From contig CAUYUJ010000267.1 in assembly GCA_963575745.1 (NCBI GenBank), positions 1 through 64,000 on the forward strand: a DNA stretch of 64,000 bases. Reading direction: 5' to 3'. Below are positions 35,541 through 47,714 of the stretch, piece after piece (the stretch's first letter is position 1; every line of letters begins with the position of its first letter). The notes under the pieces are model-generated. The model was not told the origin of the DNA, made no database searches, and saw only the letters and a list, made by a program, of their open reading frames with translations. The stretch is from Prorocentrum cordatum. Its lineage: Eukaryota. A program made the position numbers and the translations under genes.

Positions 35541-37878
35541 ATTCGCCTGACGAAAGGACCCAACCATGTGCAGGTGTGAATACCGCAGTTGACGCTACCA
35601 ATTTCGGTGGGGCTCCCTATAGGGCCACGAAACGTGTGAAGGGGATGGGTGTGCGGGACGCATGCGGGCGGCAGCACTGGGGCCTTCGGTGGAGCTCCCT
35701 ATGGAGCCACGAAACGTGTGAGGGGCACTGTGACGAAATGGGTGTGGCTGACGCAGGCGGGGCAGACGGGCCACTTGGTGCCTTCGTGGAGTTCCCTTCA
35801 ATGGGACCACGAACGTTTGGAGGGGTGTGCCGAAATTGGGTGTGGCTGACGCATGCTGGGCGCGGGCCACTGGGGCCTTCGGTGGAGCTCCCTATGGGGC
35901 CACGAAACGTGTGAGGGAGTTGACGAAATGGGTGTGGCTGACGCATGCGGGCGCGGGCACTGGGGCCTTCGGTGGAGCTCCCTATGGGACCACGAAACGT
36001 TTGAGGGGTGTGCCGAAACGGGTGTGGCTGACGCATGCGGGCGCGGGCACTGGGGCCTTCGGTGGAGCTCCCTATGGGGCCACGAAACGTGTGAGGGGTG
36101 TGACGAAATGGGTGTGGCTGACGCATGCGGGCGCGGGCACTGGGGCCTTCGGTGGAGCTCCCTATGGGACCACGAAACGTTTGAGGGGTGTGCCGAAATG
36201 GGTGTGGCTGACGCATGCGGGCGCGGGCACTGGGGCCTTCGGTGGAGCTCCCTATGGTGCCACGAAACGTGTGAGGGGTGTGCCGAAAAGGGTGTGGCTG
36301 ACGCATGCGGGCGCGGGCACTGGGGCCTTCGGTGGAGCTCCCCATGGGACCACGAAACGTGTGAGGGGTGTGCCGAAATGGGTGTGGGTGACGCATGCGT
36401 GCGCGGGCACTGGGGCCTTCGGTGAAGCTCCCTATGGAGCCACGAAACGTCTGCGGGGGGCTCTGTGCCGAATTGGGTGTGGCTGCCGCATGCGGGCGGC
36501 AGCACTGGGGCCTTCGGTGGAGCTCCCTATGGGGCCACGAAACGTGTGAGGGGTGTGCCGAATTGGGTGTGGCTGACGCATGCGGGCGGCGGCACTGGGG
36601 CCTTCGGTGGAGCTCCCTATGGGGCCACGAAACGTGTGAGGGGTGTGCCGAAATGGGTGTGGGTGACGCATGCGGGCTCGGGCACTGGGGCCTTCGGCGG
36701 AGCTCCCTATGGAGCCACGAAACGTGTGACGGGTGTGCCGAAATGGGTGTGGGTGACGCATGTGGGCGCGGGCACTGGGGCCTTCGGTGGAGCTCCCTAT
36801 GGAGCCACGAAGCGTGTGAGGGGTGTGCCGAAATGGGTGTGGGTGACGCATGCGGGCGCGGGCACTGGGGCCTTCGGTGGAGCTTCCTATGGAGCCACGA
36901 AGCGTGTGAGGGGTGTGCCGAAATGGGTGTGGGTGACGCATGCGGGCGCGGGCACTGGGGCCTTCGGTGGAGCTCCCTATGGAGCCACGAAACGTGTGAG
37001 GGGTGTGCCGAAATGGGTGTGGCTGACGCATGAGGGCGCGGGCACTGGGGCCTTCGGTGGAGCTCCCTATGGAGCCACGAAACGTGTGAGGGGTGTGCCG
37101 ATATGGGTGTGGGTGACGCTTGCGGGCGCGGGCACTGGGGCCTTCGGTGGAGCTCCCTATGGAGCCACGAAACGTGTGAGGGGTGTGCCGAAATGGGTGT
37201 GGGTGACGCATGCGGGCGCGGGCACTGGGGCCTTCGGTGGAGCTCCTCGGTGGAGCTCCCTATGGAGCCACGAAACGAAATGGGTGTGGTGACGCATGAG
37301 GGGTGTGCCGAAATGGGTGTGGGTGACGCATGCGGGCGCGGGCACTGGGGCCTTCGGTGGAGCTCCCTATGGAGCCACGAAACGTGTGAGGGGTGTGCCG
37401 AAATGGGTGTGGGTGACGCATGCGGGCGCGGGCACTGGGGCCTTCGGTGGAGCTCCCTATGGAGCCACGAAACGTGTGAGGGGTGTGCCGAAATGGGTGT
37501 GGCTGACGCATGCGGGCGCGGGCACTGGGGCCTTCGGTGGAGCTCCCTATGGAGCCACGAAACGTGTGAGGGGTGTGCCGAAATGGGTGTGGCTGACGCA
37601 TGCGGGCGCGGGCACTGGGGCCTTCGGTGGAGCTCCCTATGGAGCCACGAAGCGTGTGAGGAGTGTGCCGAAATGGGTGTGGCTGACGCATGCGGGCGCG
37701 GGCACTGGGGCCTTCGGTGGAGCTCCCTATGGAACCACGAAGCGTGTGAGAGTTGTGCCGAAATGGGCGTGGCTGACGCATGCGGGCGCGGGCACGAGGG
37801 AGGAGGGGGCAGCGGGAGGAAGGAGACGCGGGGCACCGTCTCTTCAAAACGAGGACCCAACACCACAGGATGGTTGGG
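35541..37878 (-). mobile_element. Helentron/DINE-1-like element, copy E, head-to-tail with copy D
   Basis: Junction GGATGGTTGGG-acaaattcg-CCTGACGAAAGGACCCAACCAT; same termini and same 90-bp array. Confidence 0.75.
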
Positions 37879-38839
37879 AACTACAAACTAAAACAAGAGT
37901 CGTCAAACGAAAACAAAAACCAACCAAATGTGCTACGATGTCTAAGGAAGCCTCTTGGAGACTACCTGGGAGTTTCTTGGATGGAACCTCCTACAGGGCA
38001 CAAGCCGCGCGAGAAAATGCGTGTCGAAACTCGAAGTGCGAAAACAGACGGACAGCAACAGCACCGAACGCAGAAACATGCAATGCAACGCTAATCGCGC
38101 TCGCGCTCACTTGAGTAAGCTCCGGTTTTTCTTGAGAACCGAAGAGCCCGAAGCCACCCAGAAATGCCACTGAACAACTCGAAAACCTTCTTTGGGGTCG
38201 GCGGCAGAGGCGGCAGCCTTTTCATAAATACACACAACTATAAGGATTCCCCATGTGTTCCCATATTTTCTGGGGTTTTGTCTTCCCCCCCACTTCCCAT
38301 ATTTTCCACATTTTCTGGTGAATCGCCGATTAATTGTGTCTGTGTGTTTCTTTCCCTCCTGACATTGGCTCTCTCCGATCCTTCCATTCCCACAGCTCCT
38401 CCTCCACTCTCCGTCCCTCTCCAGGTTCTCCCTCCCCGCCACCTCTGCCTCCCCTGCGCCGCCCGCTCTCTCCGGCAATCTCGGCGCGGGCACTCGCCCT
38501 CCTGCACCGGGAGCGTTCACGTCCCCTCGCTCCCAAAAGAAACACTGCTCGATCCCCCCCAACTCCTCCTCCTCCTCCTCGCCCCACCCCTTATGAGACA
38601 ACTACTGGGAGGCCATCGTCGGAGGGATCAGGTAGAACTCAGCCCCATGCGGGGGCTGCTGCGCCAGGTTAAGCCGCGCATGGAGCGGGATGAAGCCGGA
38701 CTAAGCGGAATTGCTGAGGATTCAGCCGCATCTGGGACCAGGGCAAATTCAGAATTTGACCTCCCAGGAGTTGCATCCGAACCCTGCTCCATCCTCCTTC
38801 TTCTTCTGAAGGCGGCTGAGGAGGAAGGGGGCGTCCCGC

Positions 38840-38929
38840 CTGAAATCCCTGGAAGTAGATCACCGCGAAGAATATAAACAGCGTGGCCAACAGATTCGTG
38901 AGGTTTGGGGCCGTCTGCCTGTAGAAGGC
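38840..38929 (-). CDS. SEC61A: Sec61 alpha internal exon ([30 protein letters not shown])
   Basis: 90 nt, phase 0, acceptor CAG|G and donor CAG|GC. Matches the conserved AFYRxxxPNxxNL...VIYFQGF segment (TM6). Confidence 0.95.
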
Positions 38930-38954
38930 CTGGGGCGGAGCGAGAGGACAGCGA

Positions 38955-38997
<43 letters not shown>

Positions 38998-39233
38998 GGC
39001 GATGTCGGCAGAGGGGAGGATTAGATCGGTGGCGTGCGGAAAGTGAGAGGGGGCAAGGTGAACGTTCTCTTTTTCGGCGTTTCGACACTGGGCGGAAAGG
39101 GGGGGGTGGGGAGGGCGGGGGGGTCTGGCTCCGGAGCTCTGCGTCGTGTGAGGCTCCACCTGCTCGAAACGGGCGCCCAAAGCAGCCACAGCCAAGGCCT
39201 TCTCCACGGGGGTGGGGGAGGTGTGTGTGTATA

Positions 39234-39338
<105 letters not shown>

Positions 39339-39374
39339 GCCCGCGTGGATCGGCAAGACTGTGAACGAGAAAAC

Positions 39375-39533
39375 TCGGGGATGGACAGACCTCCCTTTAG
39401 TAAAACGTGGTTTAGTGAAAACGACCTCGGGCCCAAACCTGGCGGGCGCAAGCCTGGAAAATGACGGCCGCGGCGCCCTCTGGACAACCGAAGACGGACA
39501 ATTCACTAATCGACGTGTCAGGGTAGCCCCCGA
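39375..39533. mobile_element. TCGGGG-family MITE, second copy, with shortened right TIR
   Basis: Highly similar to 355-526; TCGGGG...CCCCGA termini flanked by an AAAAC direct repeat. Confidence 0.9.
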
Positions 39534-39781
39534 AAAACGGCCGCAAGCTAAGGTGGAGAGGGAGAGGGGGCAGGCCTTCTCAGAAGGCGGTGGGCCCCAG
39601 TGGGAAGCCCTCGGGCCTCCCGAGAGGAAACCACCCCGTGCGCGTGGCCTCTGGAGAGGGCCAGGCCCCTCCCGCCGTCCACCCCCGGCGCGCCGCCGAG
39701 CGTCGCGTGCTTCGCCAGTCCCATCCAGCCAATCCAGTCCAAGTTGCCAGTCCAATCCAGTCTAATCCATGGATTGGGGGG

Positions 39782-40008
39782 CTGCGCGCCAAATCCATGG
39801 ATCGCAAATCCATGCTTGCGCGCCCACGGGAGTGCTTGTTCACGGCAGCGCGGCGATCATAGGGACCAAGAAGTGACATAAACATAAAAACTCAGAGGTC
39901 CGCGCGGATTTCTCGGATCGGCGCTGGGGCACCCCGGCGGCGCCTCCGGCGCCGCCCCTGGCGCGCTCCGCGCGCCAGGGAGGGGGGCCCCATGGATTTG
40001 GCGCGCAG
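39782..40008. repeat. Small foldback with 19-bp perfect inverted repeats
   Basis: CTGCGCGCCAAATCCATGG (39782-39800) pairs with CCATGGATTTGGCGCGCAG (39990-40008); further AATCCATGGAT palindromes lie nearby. Confidence 0.65.
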
Positions 40009-43000
40009 TCGCCAAATCCATGGATCGAGGGGGGTGCCCTCCCCAAGATGCGGCCGGTGCTGCCTCGCTCGGCGGCGGAGGTCCGCGATCTACCATGGAA
40101 ACGGGGCCTGTCGCTAACATGTTGACGATCGCCTGACATGACATTCGTGGGGGTGCGGCACGACGACGTGATGCAACGAGCCGAATGGGAAAAGATGGTT
40201 AGGAGGCAACTACTTGCGAGATTTCTCAAGCCAGGTCAAGCGGAATCAGGCCAGACGAAGCCAGATCTGGGCCAAGGCAAAATCAGAATCCCACCTGCCC
40301 TCTGGGTGGTCTAACGAGATCTCTATTTCTTCCAAAGAAAACCCTCTTCCCTTCGGGGAGGGGTACCCTCCCCCTCACATCCCTGGGCTTCTCTGGCGGC
40401 AGTCGCGAGGTGTCAGGGGGTCCGTCTTCGCTCAAGATAGCTCCAAGAAGGCCTCCGGTGCTCCAAGACAGCCTCCAAGATGGCTCGAGACAGCCGAAAA
40501 AATATCAAAACAGCTTCCGACATGCCTCCAAGAAGCCCCAAGAGGGCCACACAACAGTCCCAGGTGCTCTTGGAGACCCCTCAGGACCCCTTCCAAGAGC
40601 CAAACATCATTCAAAAACCAATGGAAATTGATGATATGTACCTTCTCGCCGTTTCTCATCCGATGCGCGTTTGAAGCCTCAAGGTGGCCCCAAGATGGCT
40701 CAAAAAGGCCCCAAGGGGACCCCAGGAGGCCCCCAAGACGGCCCCGAGAGCGCCCAAGATCGCTCCAAGAGCGCCCCACGAGGGCTCCAAGAGGCGGCTT
40801 TGAGGGCCCAAGGGGGGGCGTAGATCGGGACCTCCCCTCTTTTGATCGATGGCCTCGACGATGGCCCCAAGAGGCGCTCCAGGGCTCCCAAGAGAGCCCC
40901 AAAAGAGCCTCAAGAGGTTTCCAAGAGGGTCCCATGAGGGTCCCAAGACGGCCCCAAAAAACCCAAAATGGTTCCAAGATGCGATTTAGAGGTCTCCTGA
41001 GGGGGGGGCGACATCAAGGACCCCTCCTCATTCGACCGATGCTCTCCAAAATGTCCCCAATATGCTCTCAAGGGCCCCCGAGAGGCTCCAAAGAGGGTTC
41101 AAGACCCAAAACCTGGCCAAAGAGCCCCAAGAGGACCCAACGAGGACCCCGAGGGAACATCAGCACCAAAAGAGGCAACAGCAGCAGCACCACCACCACC
41201 AACGCCACCAGCAGCACATCCAGCACTTCACTGATCAAGGAAACTCGTATGGGCGTCGTCTCTGGATGGGTTGGTGGGGATACTTTTTTGATCGCAAGCG
41301 ATACGGAGGTGCCGCACGCCGTCAAAGTCATAGCGCGCTAGCTACGGCCCAAAGTGCGCAAGAGAGGGTCAGAGAAGAGACAACGAGAGAAACAATCCGG
41401 CGAAGAGTCGGCGAGAGCCAACGCCAGCTGGTGGGGATACGTTTTTTATGATCAGCGGCCCGCAAGGAAAAGTCCAGAGGGCGGGTCAATCGGGCTGACT
41501 GGGGCACAGAGCCAGATAATTAGCGAACCCAGCCGTCACCGTCGACAGCCGACCGCACATGCAAGCATGCCAAGTAAATTCGAGGAACCGCACCATAGCA
41601 CGGCAGCCGACGACGGACAGCGGGGCGTCGCACAGTGGCGCCAGCACCCGACAGACCGGACGGCGAAGGGCAGGGCGACAGGGGGGGAAGAGAGGGGCGG
41701 GAGAGGGACTTGTGGGGATACTTCTCTGATTTCCGGCCCCAAGGACGATTCCAGAGAGCGGGTCGTATCGAGCATGGGGCAGCACGCAAGATAATTGCCA
41801 GCTTGGGGGGCCAAGCGAGATAGTTACCAGCGGGCCAAAAGCCAATGCAGGGATGCACGTGCGAGGGGAGAGCCCCAACCCGCCAAGGGGAGCAAGCGGG
41901 AGGACAAGCCAAATAATTACCAGCGGGCCAAACGCCAACGCCGGAGCTGGTGGGGATACGCGAAGCGGTAAGAATTTGATCTCCAAGGTGTTGCATCCAA
42001 AAGATGGCAACGTTCCGCGGTGCCGACTCGTTCGCCTGTGAATGTCGTCCCAAACTAGAAGCAAATCGTCCCGCATCTCCGAAAGATCGTGAGGTCGGGT
42101 ATGTCTGCCCACGCATGTTGCACGGCCATGCGGCCATGCACGGCTCTGACAATGTTGGGCGAGTCCTCCTCATCTTCCTCCTCGCCCCTCTGATCTGCGC
42201 ATGTTCCTGCTCCTCCTCCTCCTCCTCCTCCTCATCGCGAACGGCCATCTCCACAAGATGAAACCTGGTGACCGACTGCGCAAACGCTGCTAGTCAGCCA
42301 AGCAACGGACTGCGGAAACATCGAAGTCGACGGTGTTAGATAAGTCTGGATACGCTGCTGGAGTCACTGACGTCGAAAGGCCGCATCACAAGCACCCGTG
42401 GGGCTCAGGATCTGAGGTCGGAGTTCAAGAGAAGCTCTTGAACCCAGTGGCGTTCATGGGAAAGGCTAGCCCTTGCCAACGTCGGTTACGATGACAGTGT
42501 TGTCGGCGTCTTCGTGAGGGACGAACTGAGCCCCTTGGATGACGAGGGGACGACAGACTCGCTTACTTGTCTATCCGCGTGCCCACGGAAATGTCCACGG
42601 ATCGCTTGGATACGTCATCATACCGCTGAACTGTTTGCCAGGGATTATCTGATGCTCAAGATCGACCCCCTACTGGCAATATGGTTCAGGGAAGCCGCGG
42701 ACCATACGATCTGCCTTCCAGGGCTGCCCACGGCCCCAAGACGGCTCAGAAGTTGTTCAATGTCACCCAAACACGGCTGCAGTAGTCCCCCAAGCTGGGT
42801 GCCACTCGAGGTACTGGGCAGGCGCCCGGCTGCTGTAACTGAGCGTAGCTTTTTCAAACCCCTTCCAGTCTTCAACATTGAATCATGGACATTCTCTTCA
42901 AGGGTCTCAAGTCCCAACTCACGGACGCTGCTGGGGATCCTCGCGTGAGTTTTCTCGAGGCCCCAGAAGCGGCCTTTGTTGGCCAAAGCTTCCAACATGC

Positions 43001-43288
43001 CCTACGGCAGCCTCGGGAGTCAGCCTGGCAACCGTCTTAGAGGCCTCCTGGGCCGTATTGGAGGCCCTGCAGGGGCCAGCCCAAAGGCTCGTGCCAGCCC
43101 CAAGGCTCGTTTTGCACGGTTTGTAAACAATCTCGCCATCGCGGTTTTAAAACATGCCAGGGACAGCCCTAGAGGCCCCAAAGCTCGACCGGCCCCCAGT
43201 GCCCCTAAGAAAGGCTCCCAGCCGGCCTCGAGAGCGGGGTTCGACAAGCGCGCCACCGCCAGACCGCTGGAATCCTCCCCTACAGTTA

Positions 43289-43341
43289 GGTCGGGCATAT
43301 TCTCCTACAGGCGGATGTGAGACGCAAAACTTAAAATATTG

Positions 43342-43380
<39 letters not shown>

Positions 43381-43461
43381 AACATTGTCATCAACAAAAT
43401 CGTCACCAGACTATTTGGGACTATTATTGAATATTCCTTCTGTAGAGGGACAGGCCCGACT
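43289..43461. mobile_element. GGTCGGG-family MITE with an internal A-run
   Basis: TTA|GGTCGGGC...CTGTAGAGGGACAGGCCCGACT|TAA. Confidence 0.8.
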
Positions 43462-43600
43462 TAACCCTATAGTATAAAGCAACACGCCCCGAAGGCCCCC
43501 GAGAGGAACCTTCGAGAGGCACCCGAAGACCCCAGAGAGAAGTCCCTGGAGGCCCGAAGAGGCCAAGCCCCCTAGAGGCATCAACAGGCCGCCAATCTGA

Positions 43601-43808
43601 GGGGTAACGATAGGGGGGGACTGGCACAAGGGGGGATGCATCGACCTGGAATCGGCGATACATCGCCGATGGATCAGCGATATGCCTCCGATCGTGACTC
43701 CGAACCTGCCTGGGCAGGTTGAGGCTATCGGGCCCCTATCGGCGATCAATGGGCGATTGCCTGTCGATGCATCCCCCCTATGCCTATCCCCCCCCCTATC
43801 GTTGCCCC
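43601..43808. mobile_element. Tourist/PIF-Harbinger-like MITE (208 bp)
   Basis: ~45-bp imperfect TIRs GGGGTAACGATAGGGGG...GATGCATCGAC and GTCGATGCATC...CCCCCTATCGTTGCCCC, with TGA on both sides. Confidence 0.7.
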
Positions 43809-46800
43809 TGACAATTGGGGCTTATGATCTGCCTCCCGGGCGCGGTCGTTGTCGTCGTTGTCGTCGTCGTTCATGTCGTCGTCGTCGTCGTCGTCGTCGT
43901 CCTCGTCGTCGTCGTCCTCGTCCTCGTCGTCAGCCCGAGACCGAGACCACTAGTACTGCCGCCCCCGGTGCCAGCCACCAGGCGCCCGTCGTGCCGAAGT
44001 ATGGGACAGTTCAGGGGCCTCCCATGAATCCCATCGGCTTTCGGCCCGTCTCGCGTCACCCCGCCTCACAAAGCGCCCAGAGTAAAAAAACGTGCCTCCA
44101 ATATTGCCAAGATGGCTTCAAAGACGGCCCAAGGCGGTTCAGAATGGACGCAAGCATGCATCGCTTTCAATTGGTTTCGGGCTCTCACTTGCTCCGTTTT
44201 GAGGATCAGCCAAGACAGCCCAAGAGGCTCTACAGACCAGCTCAGGACGACCCTAACAGGATTCAAAAGACCCCATGACGGCCCACGAGGGCACTCTAGG
44301 AGTGCCCACGAAAGCCGCAAGATGGCTCTCACTGTCCCGTTACCGCCGAGAGGAGCCCCCGAGCTGCCCCTGCAGGCGCCAGACGGCCCGAGAGCGCCCC
44401 GAGAAGGCCTCCGGGCCCTCTGTGTCCAACATGGCCCAAGATGGCTAAACCGGGCCTCATATGGCCCAGATGGCCTCCAATATCGCTCAAGCCTCAAGAT
44501 GGTCCAAGATTGCTCAAGAATAGCCGCCAGCATGCATCGAATAGGCGGCATGACCGCCCCGAGACGGTTCCAAGTGGCCACATAGCCTCCCAAATGTCAG
44601 CACGAGAGGCCAACACTCTTGCAAAGTCTGAGGGAAACCAATGCATGTTGACATATCGATGTTTCTCTTCCGAGGAGCTCCTGATGCCTCAGGATGACGC
44701 CAAGACAGCTAAGTCGGCTCCAATAATTGCCCAAGAATGATAAGGCGGCGCGAAGGCCACTCAAGAGCGCCCAGAAGGGCCCAACAGGGGCTGACACCTA
44801 CGACCCCCCTCCTTTGATAGGTTATCTCCAAGATTGCCTCAACAGGGCCTACGAGAGGGCCCCAAGAGCCCCAAGAGTCCCGAGAGGGCCCAAAGGAGCC
44901 CCAAGTGCTTTCCAAATGAACCCCAAGATGGCTCTCAGAGGCTCCCTGAAGTCAACTTTCAGCATTGTTAGCATGCTTGCTTCACTATGCTCACAAACAA
45001 CCATCCTCGCGACAACTCCCCTGGGCACCCATTCTGGATGGGTGGTGAGGATATGCGAAGCGTCAAGAATTACGAGGTGGAGGCGCCACGTCAACAGGAG
45101 CGTGGAGGGGGTCGATAAGATGGAGGAGGGCGGCGAGGATGAACCTGTCGCAAGGTCGGTGGGTCAGGATTTGCGCAAAGCCTGCTCACGAAGAACCGCC
45201 GATGCGAGGCGCGTGAGAGCACTGCGACCCCCCACATCGCATCACCCCAACATACTATACTATATGTGCGTCGCTCAGCAGGGGCGACGCGCGCACCGAG
45301 AAGTCTCACAGTATGTGCGTCGTGGCGGGCGCTCTCTGGCCACACCGCTCGGGAAACGATACACTACAAAGATGGGCATACTACATGTTCGGGTCAGGCG
45401 CGCCCCTCCAAGGAGGACATGCAAGTATTAGTATGTTCCCGTGCGTCACAGTCACACGTGCTGGGCACTCCCTCTTGGCAACAAAGGGTCCATGCGCCTG
45501 CTCTCGGACCCGACTGCCGGGAGCCAGTCGCTCAAGACTCCGCGGCCTCTGCGGTTCCCCCTGCTGGGGGCTTGATTGTTTTCAGCGATTTTGGAGGGGC
45601 CCAGGGACGCACAAATGAATACTCACGAATCCCATACTTCCAGCTATTTTTTATGTTTTCTAAATTTGTTTCGTCGTCCCCCCACTTAACATATATTCCC
45701 CAATTGTTCCTGGCAGTCGACGGATCATTGTGTCTGTGTGTAATTTGTCCCCTCCTGATTTTCTCCAGATCTATCTGGGTAGATGTCTGTGGACTCCAGC
45801 AACAGGGAGCGGGGGGGCTGGCTCAGAGAGGGGATCACACGTGCGGCCAATGTTACTGAAGCCAGTACACCAGGGAAACCTCCCAATCAGTGGATGGGTT
45901 GATATAGATATACATACGAATACTCACATACGCACGTGCTGTACGCACCTATGTGCGTTATGCACAGATCCACTCCGTTTCCGTCCCTATCCCTACCTAT
46001 GGCATGTATATACAGATGCCAATATATATATATATATGTATGTATATATGTATATATATAGATACATACATACACTGTGTATGTATGTATGTATATACAT
46101 ACATACAGATGTCAATATATATGTGTGTATTATACACACATATATGGATTTATACATTCATGATTATACACATATTTCCACCTCTCTCCTCTCTCTCTAC
46201 CCACATGTACTGGAAGCACGCGCGTTTCGCGCGCGATTTGGTTCTAGGAAGGTGCAATCCTTTGGCCTTGTCGGGCCGATCTCGCTGCTCATTCGTGCAC
46301 CCTGAAACTTTGTGGAACGGCCGGGCTCACGCTTCCTTGCAAACGCAGCCCTTGCCGAAGGCGCGTGGGCGCCCCAACGGATTTCCTGGCACCCTGGTAC
46401 GCCTTCAAGATAGTTTCCACAACGAGCTTGGGAGACCCCCACGCCCGCCCGAAACAAAAACAACAAGGGGCCGGCGGATGTTGCGCACGCCTGAAAAATC
46501 AACCTCAGGAGGTGACGGGCTTCGCGGCCGCCTTTTCCGCGAAGGCGACCATGCAAAGTACCCGACGTGTCCAATAAATGCATCATAGCCACATACTGGA
46601 TTGTGTTACATTATGATGTGTCCCCAACCTCCTCCTGGAGTCGCGCCATTTCCGTCGACCCAAACGTGACGGACCCTCTTTGGGCTTCGAAACCTACAAC
46701 AAACGATGAAAAATCAATGATTTGGGGATTTGGGCCTCTGAGGCCGCTTGGGGGTCCAAAGCGGCGTCAAGAGGGCTCAGGATGGCTTCGAGACGAGACA

Positions 46801-47554
46801 AGACAACCCCAAGACGGTCCAAAATGGCCCCAGGAGGGCCGAAAACACACCCAAAAACGCCCAAGAGGGCTCCAAGAGGGCCCCCCAAAAAGGGCCTCCA
46901 TAGACCAAAACCGACAATGTCCTGCGATGTTTGAAAAGATTGAGCCTCCTCTCCTTTTTGGATTCTCAGACGACCGCGACGACCAAAACACGCCAGCAAG
47001 CCCAAAAAACTTCCAAAATGGCCCCAAAACGGTCCAGGAAGCCTCCAAGAAGGCCCCATCACGGCCCAAGACGGCCTGAATATGCACCTGAACAAATCCA
47101 AGGAACCCCGGAGACGGCTCAAGAGGAACCCAAGAGGGCCCCAAGGCGGCCGCGAGATGCCCCCTGGACGGCATCCGGACGGGCGAATCGGCGCAAAGGC
47201 GCCCTCAAACGGCTCAAGACTCCCCAAGAGGCTCCAACGTGGCTCTACCAAAACCCCCGTAGAGGCCTCCTAGAAACCCCCGGGGCCGTCAAAACGCCAA
47301 AGGCCCGCGAAAGGCCCACTGACGCCACCAAAAGGCCCGCGGAATCGAAAACGAATGGCACGTTGTTGCTATGCTCGCCGGAGTTTGAACTGCGCGCTGC
47401 CCTTTGCATCAGAAGGGACCGCGCAGCGCAAGAGCGCCCCAAAACTGCCCAACACGCGCCAAAGGGGCCCCAAGACCCAAGATAATCCCAAGAAGCCCCT
47501 GCGGAGGCCCTGAGGAAACCTGCCAAAGGCCCACAGGAATCCCCGCTACGATTA

Positions 47555-47710
47555 GGTCGGGCCTGTCCTCCTACAAGGGGGTTCGACGCGAAAAATATAA
47601 AACATACCAAACAAATGCACCAAAACTTATCCAACATAGTCGAACAATCGTGCCCCGACCATTTCTTAACTATTTTCGACTATTCGTCCTGTAGAGGGAC
47701 AGGCCCGACT
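47555..47710. mobile_element. GGTCGGG-family MITE (duplicated at 53959-54113)
   Basis: Same TIRs as the other copies, TTA/TAA flanks; abuts the copia 3' LTR. Confidence 0.85.
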
Positions 47711-47714
47711 TAAA

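Larger units (their letters stand above)
16109..38839 (-). other. 22,731-bp GC-AG intron of SEC61A
   Basis: The flanking exons join in frame with no missing residues (FQGFQ|VDL). Donor CAG|GC, acceptor AG|G. Confidence 0.8.

Noticed and set aside
18640..35870. Clustered indels (18.6-19.4, 25.4-25.9, 26.9-27.1, 28.5-28.9, 33.9-34.3 and 35.7-35.9 kb) as programmed diversification
   Set aside because: Homopolymer-type indels in patches look like unpolished long-read error, so the pseudogene status of copies 1 and 4 is uncertain.
2755..37800. Regular repeats as possible CRISPR arrays
   Set aside because: Units are contiguous with no unique spacers, there are no cas genes, and the context is eukaryotic.
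2509..37891. Long ORFs such as 2509-4629, 12879-14216, 33998-35677 and 35617-37866
   Set aside because: Stop-free translations of GC-rich satellites and microsatellites, open in several frames on both strands.
41486..43000. Unique-looking ORFs, also at 17461-17823 and 62536-63400, as further exons or genes
   Set aside because: No recognisable motifs, stops in the candidate frames, and no match to the expected neighbouring Sec61 peptides (KLFYTSN, ISLFIATN).
43342..43377. Poly(A) run as a retroposon tail
   Set aside because: It lies inside the A-rich interior of a MITE with no upstream retro-sequence or TSD.
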